A stretch of DNA of 61,867 nt from Aestuariivirga sp. (GCA_044236665.1 JBIIGF010000001.1:1-61867); one strand, 5' to 3'; shown: positions 7,549 to 17,619, counted from the stretch's first letter. The notes: generated by a model not told the origin, from the sequence alone. Made by a program: numbers and translations.

Positions 7549-9325
7549 CGTTGATCCCTATCTGTCCAAACACCATCTTCGCCATCTCGACGTACCGCTC
7601 GAAGTCAACGTCGCTTGGGAACATCTCGGGCAGGTCGAGGCAGGGCTTGGCCCCGTCCGACTGGGGCACCTTGTTGGTGTTCTTGGCGTAGTTGATGGTC
7701 TCGTCGGCCCCCACCCCGGTCGAATAGTAGAACCGCACGGCCTTGCCGATGGGCTCGCCCCGCCAGACCGCGCCGCCGGTCACCTTGCGCAGCATCACAA
7801 ACTTGTTCAGGTCGCGGCAGGAGCGGATCACGCTGCGGTAGTCGGCCTTCCCGGCAAGGTGTTCTGCCACCGCATCAGAAACGATCTCGAACACCGGGTT
7901 TTTCATCAGCCCAGCCTGCGCGAACGCCCCCTTGCGCTTGACCGACCCGTCTTTCTTGACCGCGAAGTAGTTGTTCACGTCCCGGCTGTGCAACGCCACA
8001 TAGTCGCTGCGCTCAAGCTCGTATGAGGTGTCGAGTTCCCAGCCGAACATCACGTCGGCCAGAGCGTTCTCCATCGTCTTGGGGGCGAAGACCACGATGC
8101 CGTCTGTGTTGGCGCTCACCACCTTGGCACCGATGTCCTCGACGCGCTCGATCAGCATCAGCAGGGCCAGCTGGCCGGTGATGGTGGTCTGGATCAGGAG
8201 GTTCGGGGCGTAGAGGGCGGAGTACTTGCTCCCAAGCTTCCCGAAGCTTCCGTTGACCACGATCTTAAGCGTGTCGGCTGTCACCTTGTTCCCAGACCGC
8301 TTCGCTGCGATGCGGCGTTCGACGATGCTCTTGTAGACCGCCGTGAAGTCATCCCCCATGTTGTCGGGCGCGATGTCTTGCTGCAGGATGATCGAGGGGT
8401 AGTAGGACGCCACGTCGAAGTCCGCCAGAATGTGGGTGCTCCCGGCGTAGACGCTCTGGCTCTTCTCGCAGGAGTGCAGGCCCCCGATCCCCATCTGGTA
8501 TTCGCTGCCGCCCACCGCGATCCGGGTGTCCTTCAGCCAGTCGGGCAGGGCGATGGAGCCGTTGGGCGAGAGACCAAACTTGTGGTCGAGGATGCGCGAG
8601 AAAATCTCGTTCAGGGTCGCGCTCTTGAAGGAGATGATCTTGGGGTCGAGGTATCGGAACGTGGCGGTGTCGGCGATCTTCGGTGCGCGCAGGCTCTTGT
8701 TCGACACCCGCTCGATCTCGCTCTTCAGGACCGTCTCGGCGATCTGCGCGTCGGACTTCGACCGAAGGTCAACGCCGTACTCAGCGCCCATCTCGACCCG
8801 CAGGGCAACCTGTTTTTCGACAGCCTTGTACAGCTCGTCCGTCACCCGCAGGTCGTTGATGCAATACTGGCGCAGCACCTCGCGCTGCTCGGGCGAGATG
8901 CTCGCGCTCGGATCGATGGGCAACTCCTGCAGCTTTCGGTAACCCATGCGGCCCGCGTAGACCTTCAGGCTCGCCTGACCCGGCACCACGTCGATGATGT
9001 CGATGTGATCCCAGCTGTTCGGCACGCTGACGTTCATCTCTTTGCAGACGCGCCACGCGGGGAGGTTCGAACGGATGATCTCGTCCGACAGGTTTTTCAG
9101 CTCCCCACAGTCGCGCTTCTGCAGCGCCGCCGCGATCATCGGCAGGTCGTAACTGTTGCCGTTGAAGCTGATGGTGGTGTGAGTGTTCATGAGGTTGGCC
9201 AAGCGGGGCATCACCAAGTCTTTGCCGGGGTACATCTCAAAGGATGCGGCCTTACCTGTTTCGCGGTCGAGAAAGCAGATGAGGAAGTAATCGCGGAAAC
9301 ATTCCACGTCCAAAATCAGTGCCAT
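7541..9325 (-). CDS. DNA polymerase, family B-like, with 3'-5' exonuclease
   Basis: Exo motifs ILDVEC, FNGNSYD, YCINDL; pol motifs DFDVASYYPS, KIVVNGSFGKLG, ANTDG. Confidence 0.85.
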   Translation of the reverse strand: MALILDVECFRDYFLICFLDRETGKAASFEMYPGKDLVMPRLANLMNTHTTISFNGNSYDLPMIAAALQKRDCGELKNLSDEIIRSNLPAWRVCKEMNVSVPNSWDHIDIIDVVPGQASLKVYAGRMGYRKLQELPIDPSASISPEQREVLRQYCINDLRVTDELYKAVEKQVALRVEMGAEYGVDLRSKSDAQIAETVLKSEIERVSNKSLRAPKIADTATFRYLDPKIISFKSATLNEIFSRILDHKFGLSPNGSIALPDWLKDTRIAVGGSEYQMGIGGLHSCEKSQSVYAGSTHILADFDVASYYPSIILQQDIAPDNMGDDFTAVYKSIVERRIAAKRSGNKVTADTLKIVVNGSFGKLGSKYSALYAPNLLIQTTITGQLALLMLIERVEDIGAKVVSANTDGIVVFAPKTMENALADVMFGWELDTSYELERSDYVALHSRDVNNYFAVKKDGSVKRKGAFAQAGLMKNPVFEIVSDAVAEHLAGKADYRSVIRSCRDLNKFVMLRKVTGGAVWRGEPIGKAVRFYYSTGVGADETINYAKNTNKVPQSDGAKPCLDLPEMFPSDVDFERYVEMAKMVFGQIGINDA

Positions 9326-9357
9326 GAGGGGTGTCCTTCATATCTGGCTATGTGGGA

Positions 9358-9381
9358 AGGGGCGACCGAAGCCGCCCCTAA
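9358..9381 (-). terminator. Stem-loop between the SSB and polymerase genes
   Basis: AGGGGCGaccgaagcCGCCCCT inverted repeat. Confidence 0.45.
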
Positions 9382-9385
9382 GATT

Positions 9386-9907
9386 TTACATGAAGTCTTC
9401 GTCGCTGTCGAAGGCCTCGAAGTCATCGGCGTTCGCGGTTTCACCATCAGCGAACGGCTCACCGTCCTTGTAGAACTGGACGCCCAGAAGGTTCGCGTTG
9501 ATGCGCTTGCCCCACTGATTGTTCTGCGCCCACAGCTCGATGATCGCATTGACGTAGCAACCGGCGTAGACGCGGTTGTCGTTCTCGGTCAGGGGGCTGC
9601 GGTCACGGTCCAGCACCATGGGGCGCTTTGAGGCGCTGGCCTTGATGCTCATGTGGCCTGCGTAGCCCGCATACTCGACATCGTCGCCATCGCGCAGACA
9701 AATCTTATCGGCGGGAAGCTTTGCACCCTTCAGGCCGTCCTTGATCATCGCCTTGATGGCGGCTTCGATCTCGGCGATTTTGTCGGCTTGGGTGGCTTTG
9801 TCGAGCAGGAACGTCCCCTCATACTTGGTCTCTTCGCCAGAAAACACTGCCTTGCGGAACAGTGACGGGAAGGACAGGCGGACGTTCGAGAGTTTAATTT
9901 TTGCCAT
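9386..9907 (-). CDS. DUF2815-type ssDNA-binding protein
   Basis: 'VRLSFPSLF', 'LRDGD', 'YAGCYVNA', 'NLLGVQFYKDGEPF', acidic tail. Confidence 0.85.
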   Translation of the reverse strand: MAKIKLSNVRLSFPSLFRKAVFSGEETKYEGTFLLDKATQADKIAEIEAAIKAMIKDGLKGAKLPADKICLRDGDDVEYAGYAGHMSIKASASKRPMVLDRDRSPLTENDNRVYAGCYVNAIIELWAQNNQWGKRINANLLGVQFYKDGEPFADGETANADDFEAFDSDEDFM

Positions 9908-9951
9908 TTCAGGTTCTCCTTTTGGCGTTCATTGCTGTCAACGCAGCGGGG

Positions 9952-11139
9952 TCAATCTTCACTAAACTGTTCGTCGGCGCAAGATGAAAAATCACCGGCG
10001 CTGATATTGATCGCGGGACGCTTGTCGCTTTCGGGCGCAAGTGTCGGGGACCCAAGGGGTTTCACGATCAGGTCGGCGATCTCACCGGCCCGCTTCTTAC
10101 CCAAAACCTTCTCGGCCTGCGCAGGGCTGATGATTTTGCGCGTGAAGGCCAGATCGGGGCCGATCAGCTCGTCTAGAAGCTGCTCTGCCTCCTCGACGTT
10201 TTCCCACTGGCGGTTGCTCCGACCCTCGACCAGCTTGTAGCCGGGGAATTCCCCGCCGTTGCTCAGGCGCTCCCTCACGAGCCCCTCAATCGCACCCAGC
10301 CACCCCTCGATCATGGGCTTGGCTTCAAGGGCACGGCGCATCTGTGCGTCCGTCAGGGTGTTGGCCTTCGGGGCGTTGTCCAGATCGTCGAAGTCCGCCA
10401 TGATGACGTCCTGCGTCATCTTCTGCAGCGCAGCGCAAGACGCCTTGGCCCGGCAGAACCGGCACTGCTTCTCGCCGGGTACGCGGGGCGCATCCTCCTC
10501 AAGGGCCTCCTCGGCCCGCTGCTTGACCCATTCCGCCCAGCGCAGCAGGTCAGGGACACTGATTTCCCATTGGCTGATGTGGTCGAGGCGCGGCTGGACG
10601 ATGTGAATTTGGATGCGCTCGATGTCGAAGATCATTTCGTTCATCGTCAGCGCCCCGAGGGCGTAGAGCATGGCCTGCGGGTTTTCCTCCGCATCGACGC
10701 GGACCCCCATGCCGTACTTGAGATCGCAGATGTGCAGGGTGTCACCCTTCACGATTATCGCGTCGGCTGTCCCGAACCCGCCCGGCACCCAGTCCTCGTA
10801 GCTGACACGCATCTCAATATCGAGAGCATCACACCCAACGGCGAGGCTGTTGACGTGCTCCACATAGACCCGGACGAAGTCGGCCATGTCCTGATCTTCG
10901 TAGAGATCGAGAAACTCGTTCGCCTTGACCGAGGCGTAGCGTGACCAATCCTCGACCTTGACATCCTTTGGCGGGAGATGGGCCATGCCCAGCACCTGCT
11001 CGGCCAGCTCGTGGGCTGTCGTCCCCTCCTCGGCGAAGGGGCTGCTGGTGTTGGGGATGCCGTCCTCGGCACTGACGCTGCCGGGGCAGTTGAGCCAGCG
11101 GTGCGCGTTCGACGCACCGAGCTTTGCGTGGGCCGCCAT
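9952..11139 (-). CDS. DUF2800 / Cas4-like PD-(D/E)xK exonuclease
   Basis: 'HAKLGASNAHRWLNCPGS', 'GTADAI..DLKYG', 'QAMLYALG', 'CRFCRAKASC'. Confidence 0.85.
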   Translation of the reverse strand: MAAHAKLGASNAHRWLNCPGSVSAEDGIPNTSSPFAEEGTTAHELAEQVLGMAHLPPKDVKVEDWSRYASVKANEFLDLYEDQDMADFVRVYVEHVNSLAVGCDALDIEMRVSYEDWVPGGFGTADAIIVKGDTLHICDLKYGMGVRVDAEENPQAMLYALGALTMNEMIFDIERIQIHIVQPRLDHISQWEISVPDLLRWAEWVKQRAEEALEEDAPRVPGEKQCRFCRAKASCAALQKMTQDVIMADFDDLDNAPKANTLTDAQMRRALEAKPMIEGWLGAIEGLVRERLSNGGEFPGYKLVEGRSNRQWENVEEAEQLLDELIGPDLAFTRKIISPAQAEKVLGKKRAGEIADLIVKPLGSPTLAPESDKRPAINISAGDFSSCADEQFSED

Positions 11140-11140
11140 G

Positions 11141-11485
11141 TCAGTTGCTCCCCAAGGTTTTCAGCCAGTCGTAGAACTCGGTCGTCTGCGCACCCTTGAG
11201 GTCGCTGATCTTCTTGGCACCGGCATTGGCCAGCCAGTCGCGGATCGCGTCCTTGTGACCCTCGCGCGAACGCGCCAAGGTCAGGTCTTTGACGTCCTGC
11301 TCGGTCGGCCCAGTCTGTGCCGGTGGGGCCGGGGGTGCCTCGGTCTTGGTCTCGGGGGCCTTGGTCTCTTCAACCTTGGTCTCAGGAGCCGGAGCCGGAG
11401 CCGGGGACGATGCCGACTTAGCCGTGAGGGCTGCGGTGAGCGCCTCGATGGCTGCGGTCAGGGCGTCGAGTTTTTGTTCTAGCAT
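11141..11485 (-). CDS. Hypothetical protein with an Ala/Pro-rich linker, first gene of the replication operon
   Basis: ATG 11485 with upstream AAGGA; typical position before DUF2800. Confidence 0.7.
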   Translation of the reverse strand: MLEQKLDALTAAIEALTAALTAKSASSPAPAPAPETKVEETKAPETKTEAPPAPPAQTGPTEQDVKDLTLARSREGHKDAIRDWLANAGAKKISDLKGAQTTEFYDWLKTLGSN

Positions 11486-11511
11486 TTTAGCATTCCTTCT
11501 GTTGCGTTTCG

Positions 11512-11544
11512 CTACGATATGTGTTGATCTGTACGGTGTCAACA
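11512..11544 (-). promoter_or_regulatory. Sigma70-like promoter of the replication operon, in the divergent intergenic region
   Basis: Minus strand TTGACA-N17-TATCGT; TGTTGA...TCAACA inverted repeat containing GTACG. Confidence 0.65.
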
Positions 11545-11559
11545 AGGAGGAGGCCGCGA

Positions 11560-11739
11560 ATGTTGAGTTCCATGCAGATGGCCAAAATCATCGGCATCAG
11601 TAAAAACAAGCTGGTCGATCTGGCGAACAAGGGGCTGGTCCCTGCGTTGAGATTGCCCAGCGGCCATTATCGCTTTGACCCGCAGGAGGTGATCGACACC
11701 CTGCGTACTAAGGTAAAGGTGGGCGGCGATGATGCTTAA
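11560..11739 (+). CDS. Excisionase/MerR-like HTH DNA-binding protein
   Basis: 'SMQMAKIIGISKNKLVDLANKGLVPALRLPSGHYRFD'; GGAGG RBS. Confidence 0.75.
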   Translation: MLSSMQMAKIIGISKNKLVDLANKGLVPALRLPSGHYRFDPQEVIDTLRTKVKVGGDDA

Positions 11740-14194
11740 ATTCACATACTGCAAGAACTTCGCGCATGCCGAGACACGGGAAGTCGAGTGGGATGACTTT
11801 GCCGAGGCTGTGTCCAAGTCGGTCGGCTACGCGACCAAGGAGGAGAGCGTTCGCCGGGCGGCTGTCGTTGGCGGATTGCGCGAGGATGAAACCGTGGGCC
11901 GGGCCGAGAACATCGCCTGCCGCACCATGGCGTCACTGGACTATGATGACCTGCCCGCCGGGACCACGATGGATGACGTCGAGCTGGCCCTGTCGCTCGG
12001 CCTCGGCTGCGCCTTCGCGGCTTACACCACGTTCAGGCACACGCCCGAGGTTCCGCGCTTTCGCGTGTTCGTCCCGCTGTCCCGCGCGGTCAGCCCGTCA
12101 GAGTATCCCGGTGTCGTAGACCAAATCCGCGAGGCAATCGACCTCGAGGGCTTGGATGACTGCTCCTACACCGTCAACCAGATTATGTTTTTAGCCTCGC
12201 ATCGTCATGGTGTTACGCCGTGGAAGCTGTCGCAGGCTGGCGAGCCATGGTCCGTGCCAGAGGTCGTTGAGGGCGGCATCACGTTTGGGTCGGCGCGCAA
12301 CGCAGAAGAGGCGGATGATCTCGAGATCGCTGTGGCCTCACGCCCCCTCGACATCTCAGACGATGCGATGATGAGCCTGCTCGAGACCTATCAGGCTGAG
12401 GGTCTGGACTATGACCAGTGGCTCAAGGTCGGCATGGCGATCTACCACCAGACCGAGGGCAAGGGGTTTTCAACGTGGGTGAAGTGGTCGTCGGAGAGTA
12501 GCAAGCACGATCCCAAGCACATGCGCGTCAAGTGGCGGAGCTTCGGGGGTCGGTCGAACCCGGTCACCATGGCCTCGATCATCGCCGCTGCGGGTGGGTC
12601 TCGCGCTGTCAGTGTCGACGTGGCGAGCCCGGTCGCGCTGTCCCTTGAAAAAGAAGCCGAGCAAGTCTGCGACAGACAGACCTACTCGGCTTTTAAGAAG
12701 CGTGTACAGGCTCTTAACGAGGTTCAGCTCTCCCCCGATATCCGTTCCCTTTTAGCAAAGACCGTCTATGAGGTCTACGCCAAAGAGGCTGGGATGGGCC
12801 TGCGCGAAGTAAAAACATCTTTCAAGCCGATCCGGGGTAAGCGCCCGGCTGGTGGCGATGGTGATGGGGAGGTGTCCGCAATGGACACCCCTGAGTGGCT
12901 CGAGGGCTGGGTGTACGGTGAGGCGGATTGCGTCTTTATCAACACGGCTGTCTCGGACTATGCCATCAAGCGCGAGGCTTTCCGCGCGAAGTATGACCGG
13001 ATGCCCGAGTGCGTGGGTCTGGAGATGGACGCGGCAAGCTTTGCCCTCAACATCGTGCGAATTCCGACGGTGGTCAGGGGGATGTACTGGCCGGGTATGC
13101 CCAAGCTCTTCAACACCGAGGGCAAGGATCACGTCAACACCTACCACGACAGCGGGATCGAACCAGCCGAGACGCTCGACGGTGATGCCGATGGGCAGGC
13201 GGTGGTCGACATGTTCGTTCGGCACGTTCGCAACAGCGTCTCCGACATCCGCGAGGGTGATCTGCTGATCGACTTCATGTCCTACGTCTACGCGAACCCC
13301 GGAAAGCGCGTGAAGTGGGGCATGCTGATCTGGGGGATCGAGGGCAACGGCAAGACCTACTTCTTCCATATCCTGCAGCTTTTGATGGGCCGCAACGTCA
13401 CCGTCATCAACACCAGCATGATTGAGCGCCCCTTCAATGACTGGGCCGTGGGGTCGCGCCTGATCGGGATCGAGGAAATCCGCATCTCCGGCACCAACAA
13501 GTGGCGGGTGCTTGATCAGCTGAAGCCGATGATCTCGAACGACAGCATCGCAGTGGAGCCCAAGGGGGCCACGCGGTATCACGCGCCCAACTTCGCGTCG
13601 TATCTGATGACCACCAACCATCAGGACGCCGTGCCGATGTCGGACAACGACCGGCGCTACTGCGTGATTTTTACCCGGCACCGGCGGCAGGAAGACCTCT
13701 TCGTGCAGCACGGTGGGCGAGATCAGGCGGCTGACTATTTCTCTCGGCTCTTCGGGGAGAGCGAGCGGCGCATCGACGCGATTGGTCGGTTCCTGTTGGA
13801 CCGTAAGCTGTCGGCTGATTTCGATCCGACGGGCCGGGCACCCGTGACTGGGGGCCTCTTGGAGATGCGCGAGGCGAATGTTTCTGATGACCGTCAGGCT
13901 ATCGAGGAGGCCATTGAGGATCACGCCTGCGGGATCGTCAGCGCCTCTGTACTGGACGTCACCTACCTGAACAGGTGCGTGACGATGGAGGGCGGATCAC
14001 TGCCTCAGGGGCGCGTCATGGCGGGTATTCTGCGCGAGCTTGGGTACACGCAGGTCACCAAGAAGCGCGTGAAGATCAGGGGCGGTCTCTACTACGTCTG
14101 GTACAACAAGAATGCGATGAGCGACGACGAGGCGAAGGCTCATGTCCGCAAATGGCATGAGGGTGGCGAAGAATTCGTCGATGAGCCCTTCTGA
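11729..14194 (+). CDS. Primase-helicase (AEP-like N-terminus, PriCT-2, SF3/DUF5906-like helicase)
   Basis: 'LDYDD..YTTFRH...RFRVFVPL'; 'YDQWLKVGMAI..WS..S.KHD..KWRSF'; Walker A GIEGNGKT; IEEI; TTNH. Confidence 0.85.
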   Translation: MMLKFTYCKNFAHAETREVEWDDFAEAVSKSVGYATKEESVRRAAVVGGLREDETVGRAENIACRTMASLDYDDLPAGTTMDDVELALSLGLGCAFAAYTTFRHTPEVPRFRVFVPLSRAVSPSEYPGVVDQIREAIDLEGLDDCSYTVNQIMFLASHRHGVTPWKLSQAGEPWSVPEVVEGGITFGSARNAEEADDLEIAVASRPLDISDDAMMSLLETYQAEGLDYDQWLKVGMAIYHQTEGKGFSTWVKWSSESSKHDPKHMRVKWRSFGGRSNPVTMASIIAAAGGSRAVSVDVASPVALSLEKEAEQVCDRQTYSAFKKRVQALNEVQLSPDIRSLLAKTVYEVYAKEAGMGLREVKTSFKPIRGKRPAGGDGDGEVSAMDTPEWLEGWVYGEADCVFINTAVSDYAIKREAFRAKYDRMPECVGLEMDAASFALNIVRIPTVVRGMYWPGMPKLFNTEGKDHVNTYHDSGIEPAETLDGDADGQAVVDMFVRHVRNSVSDIREGDLLIDFMSYVYANPGKRVKWGMLIWGIEGNGKTYFFHILQLLMGRNVTVINTSMIERPFNDWAVGSRLIGIEEIRISGTNKWRVLDQLKPMISNDSIAVEPKGATRYHAPNFASYLMTTNHQDAVPMSDNDRRYCVIFTRHRRQEDLFVQHGGRDQAADYFSRLFGESERRIDAIGRFLLDRKLSADFDPTGRAPVTGGLLEMREANVSDDRQAIEEAIEDHACGIVSASVLDVTYLNRCVTMEGGSLPQGRVMAGILRELGYTQVTKKRVKIRGGLYYVWYNKNAMSDDEAKAHVRKWHEGGEEFVDEPF

Positions 14195-14520
14195 GTGCGC
14201 GGTGAGGTTCTAAAGGAGCGCAGTTGGTTTAACTGCGCTCCTTCACTGCGCACCGGTTGTTTTTTTCTCTAACTCTTTATTATTCTTTTCTTTTTTCTAA
14301 CTAAGGAAAGATAAAGTAGAGGAAAAGTGTGCAGTGATCAGTGAAAAGCCATTATGGGGAGGATCGAATTTGAAATTTGAAAATTGGGGGTGTCAGGGGG
14401 TTTTCACCAAATTTCAAAATATAAGGTATAATGGTAATGGGTTTAAAACGACCGCGCACCGCGCTCTTTGGCCCCATTTGCGCACCGCTGGGTCACCGCG
14501 CCCCTGCCGAGAACAAACCC
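14195..14520. other. Putative replication origin region
   Basis: Non-coding, AT-rich, directly after the primase-helicase; 13-bp perfect inverted repeat at 14213-14243; repeated GCGCACC and AATTTGAAA motifs. Confidence 0.55.
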
Positions 14521-14590
14521 CTTTGCAAGGGGTAATAATTCGCGGTATTGTTACCCCACGACCTATCCGCATGGTCTTCTGCCTTACCTC

Positions 14591-14619
14591 AGCCCGGCCT
14601 CGCGCTGGGCTTTTTCTTT
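14591..14619 (+). terminator. Rho-independent terminator-like hairpin
   Basis: AGCCCGGC-ctcgc-GCTGGGCT followed by TTTTCTTT. Confidence 0.6.
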
Positions 14620-14685
14620 GGTCAGATCAGCCTGTCGACAAGACAGCCGCGTCGGTGTACTTTTGGGCATCAACATGAGAGGCAC

Positions 14686-15192
14686 ATGATGGGTCGCCCA
14701 ACTTTACGAACCAATGAACTGGAAGACGACATTCTATCGCGTATCGCCTGCGGTGAAAGCCTGCGGAAAATTTGCGATGAAGATGGTATGCCAAACATCT
14801 CGACGGTCATCAGGTGGCTTGCTGCCGATGAAGATTTTGCACTCAGGTATGCGCGCGCGCGCGAAATGCAGGCCGAGATACTGGCCGATGAGATGCTCGA
14901 TATTGCTGACGACGACAGCTCTGACCGCATAGAAACCAAAGACAGCACTGGCAAGGTCATCAAGAGCGAGCAGAACAATGTCGCCGTGGCGCGATCCAAG
15001 CTGAAGCTGGAACAGCGGCGCTGGTGGGCCGAGAAGCTGCGTCCGAAGGTCTACGGTGCCAAGGTCGTCGTTGGCGGTGCCGAAGACATGGCCCCGATCA
15101 AGACATCCACGCAACTGGACGTGTCGAACCTTTCGCTCGAGGAGCTGGAGGTTCTGGGGGCTGCGCTGCAGAAGTCTATTGGGAAAGATTGA
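14686..15192 (+). CDS. terS: Terminase small subunit
   Basis: 'IACGESLRKIC...MPNISTVIRWL...YARAREMQAEILADEMLDIAD...RWWAEKLRPKVYG'. Confidence 0.88.
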   Translation: MMGRPTLRTNELEDDILSRIACGESLRKICDEDGMPNISTVIRWLAADEDFALRYARAREMQAEILADEMLDIADDDSSDRIETKDSTGKVIKSEQNNVAVARSKLKLEQRRWWAEKLRPKVYGAKVVVGGAEDMAPIKTSTQLDVSNLSLEELEVLGAALQKSIGKD

Positions 15193-16816
15193 TCTCCCCT
15201 TTGCAGTAGACCCCAACGCCTTGATGCGCCGGATTGAGAAGCGCAAGTGCGAGCTTTCGCTGGCCGAGTTCGTCAAGGCCGCGTGGCATGTGATCGAACC
15301 GGGCCAGCCGTACACGCACGGCTGGCACATCGACTTCATCTGCGCGCACCTCGAGGCCATCACAGATGAGCACCAGTTCGATGACGGCACGTTCTACAAC
15401 CGCCTGCTGGTGAACGTGCCGCCCGGCACCATGAAGTCGCTGCTGATCGGCGTGTTCTGGCCCTCGTGGGAGTGGGGCCCGCGCAACATGCCGTACATGC
15501 GCTACGTCTGCGCCAGCCACAGCCAAGACCTCGCCCTGCGCGACAGCGTGAAGATGCGCCGCCTCATCAAGAGCGAATGGTATCAGGGTCACTGGGGCGA
15601 CATTGTCGAGCTGACCGCCGATCAGGACGCCAAGGGTAAGTTCGAAACCACTGCCACCGGCAGCCGACAGGCCTGCGCCTTTGAAGGCATCACGGGCTAT
15701 CGGGGCGACCGCGTCATCATCGACGACCCGCATAGCGTCGACGGGGCCAACTCCGACGCCAAGCGAAACACCGTGACCCAGCTCTTCAAGGAAGCCGTCA
15801 CGAGCCGCCTGAACAACCCCGACAAGTCGGCCATCGTCGTGGTGATGCAGCGCCTGCACGAGGAGGACGTCTCGGGTGTGATCCTGTCCAAAAACATGGG
15901 CTACGACCACATCATGCTGCCCATGCGCTACGACCCCACGCGGGCGAACGTCACCATGCTGGGCTATGAAGACCCGCGCGAGGAAGAGGGCGAGCTTCTG
16001 TTCCCTGATCGCTTCCCCGATGAGGTCGTCCTGCGCGATGAAAAGGCCATGGGTCCGTACGCTACAGCCGGGCAGTTCCAACAGCAGCCCGAGCCGCGCG
16101 GCGGGGGCATCATCAAGGACGTCTGGTGGCAGCTTTGGGACCGGCCAGAGTATCCCGGCATTGAGTATGTGGTGGCGTCACTGGACACCGCCTACACCAC
16201 CAAGGCCGAAAACGACTTCAGCGCCCTGACCGTCTGGGGCGTGTTCTCTGGGTCCGACCAGACATCGACCACACGTTCGGTCGACCGGTACGGCAGGACC
16301 ATCGAAGTGCGCACCAGCTACCAGTCCGAGAGCCTCGGGCCGGTGCCGAAGCTTATGCTGATGTACGCTTGGCAGGAAAAGCTCGAGCTGCACGAGCTGG
16401 CTGAGAAAGTCATGTCCACCTGCAGCCGCATGCGCGTTGACAAGCTCCTGATCGAGAACAAGGCCGCCGGGTACAGCGTGGCGCAGGAAGTCCGCCGCCT
16501 GATGGCCAGCGAGGACTTCGCGGTTCAGATGTACGACCCCAAGACACTGGATAAGATGGCCCGCCTGTACGCCGTGCAGCACATCTTTGCCGAGGGTATG
16601 GTCTATGCGCCCGATAAGGACTGGGCCGAGCTGGTGATCCGGCAGTGCAGCGTCTTCCCCAAGGGCAAGAACGATGACCTCGTCGACACCGTCTCAATGA
16701 GCGTCGGCCACCTGCGCCAGATCGGCCTCCTGACCCGCGCACCGGAGCGACTGGCCGAGATCGAGGACGCCCAGAAGTTCACCGGCAACGACAATCAATC
16801 TCTGTACGGGGTTTGA
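15179..16816 (+). CDS. terL: Terminase large subunit
   Basis: NVPPGTMKS (Walker A), IIDDP (Walker B), MQRLHEED, SLDTA, IENKAAG, DDLVD; start uncertain (TTG 15179 or ATG 15224). Confidence 0.92.
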   Translation: MGKIDLPFAVDPNALMRRIEKRKCELSLAEFVKAAWHVIEPGQPYTHGWHIDFICAHLEAITDEHQFDDGTFYNRLLVNVPPGTMKSLLIGVFWPSWEWGPRNMPYMRYVCASHSQDLALRDSVKMRRLIKSEWYQGHWGDIVELTADQDAKGKFETTATGSRQACAFEGITGYRGDRVIIDDPHSVDGANSDAKRNTVTQLFKEAVTSRLNNPDKSAIVVVMQRLHEEDVSGVILSKNMGYDHIMLPMRYDPTRANVTMLGYEDPREEEGELLFPDRFPDEVVLRDEKAMGPYATAGQFQQQPEPRGGGIIKDVWWQLWDRPEYPGIEYVVASLDTAYTTKAENDFSALTVWGVFSGSDQTSTTRSVDRYGRTIEVRTSYQSESLGPVPKLMLMYAWQEKLELHELAEKVMSTCSRMRVDKLLIENKAAGYSVAQEVRRLMASEDFAVQMYDPKTLDKMARLYAVQHIFAEGMVYAPDKDWAELVIRQCSVFPKGKNDDLVDTVSMSVGHLRQIGLLTRAPERLAEIEDAQKFTGNDNQSLYGV

Positions 16817-16871
16817 CATCACAGGGGCGATGTGCGTTTATCCAATCTGGTGATGTGGAGGTAATGGCACC

Positions 16872-17057
16872 ATGAAGCGCGTACTTTGCAATGCAATCGT
16901 CGACCCCATGCCGGACGGTGAATTCGCGGTCACTGTCACCGGCGTCGGCCACCACGATGGGGTGACCCGCGTGTATCACATTGAGAAGGACAACGAGGAT
17001 GACGCCGCCAAGGAAGGCATCCGCCTGTTCGTCGAAGAGATCGGGGCTGAAGACTGA
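16872..17057 (+). CDS. Hypothetical protein
   Basis: GGAGG RBS; TTGACA at 16813 upstream. Confidence 0.6.
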   Translation: MKRVLCNAIVDPMPDGEFAVTVTGVGHHDGVTRVYHIEKDNEDDAAKEGIRLFVEEIGAED

Positions 17058-17386
17058 TGGGCTCTCAAGTTCTCGGGATGGGCGACTGCATCTTCATGAT
17101 CGGCATGGCCCATTGCGAGAAGCTTGATGAGGTGTTGCCCTTCATCGCCTTTGGTCCGTATGAAAAGATCGCAGCCGGGCTGGGTAACATCGAGGTGGGC
17201 AAGCCCATGACGGGCGGCGAGGACGTGGGGCATATAGTCTCTGAATTTTCTACCCACGGAAGTGTCGTCTTCCTCAACACCTTCGAGACCTGCGTTGACA
17301 TGATGAACGCGATAAAGACCCTCGTCGATCACGCGGTCGACACTGAGTGGGTCCTGAGAGAAACCAATAAAATCACGGTGAACTGA
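17057..17386 (+). CDS. Hypothetical protein
   Basis: TGATG-coupled ORF. Confidence 0.6.
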   Translation: MGSQVLGMGDCIFMIGMAHCEKLDEVLPFIAFGPYEKIAAGLGNIEVGKPMTGGEDVGHIVSEFSTHGSVVFLNTFETCVDMMNAIKTLVDHAVDTEWVLRETNKITVN

Positions 17387-17619
17387 TGATAATCAAATGG
17401 CTGAAGAACCGGCGGGCCATGGAGCTTGCCGCCGCTGAGCAAGAGAGGGCCGAGCGCAAGGCCCAGCGCGATCTGGATGAGGCCCGGAACATCCAGCAGC
17501 GCGCCATCCAGAAGGAGCTTGGTATTCACGGGTGGGATGATGGGCAGGCGTGGCTGCGGCTGCACCAACTGCTGAAGAGCCACGAGGACCGGATCACAGC
17601 ATTGGAGGGCAAGCAATGA
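17386..17619 (+). CDS. Hypothetical coiled-coil protein
   Basis: Coupled ORF. Confidence 0.6.
   Translation: MIIKWLKNRRAMELAAAEQERAERKAQRDLDEARNIQQRAIQKELGIHGWDDGQAWLRLHQLLKSHEDRITALEGKQ

Noticed and set aside
9952-11139. Cas4-like nuclease as evidence of a CRISPR system
   Set aside because: It is the usual DUF2800 gene of this replication block; no array or other cas genes.
11560-11739. Excisionase-like HTH as evidence of a prophage
   Set aside because: No integrase, att site or host genes in the window; lifestyle cannot be determined.
14548-15178. Long N-terminal extensions of terS and terL given by the ORF track
   Set aside because: They cross a terminator or overlap terS out of frame; starts at 14686 and about 15179 fit better.
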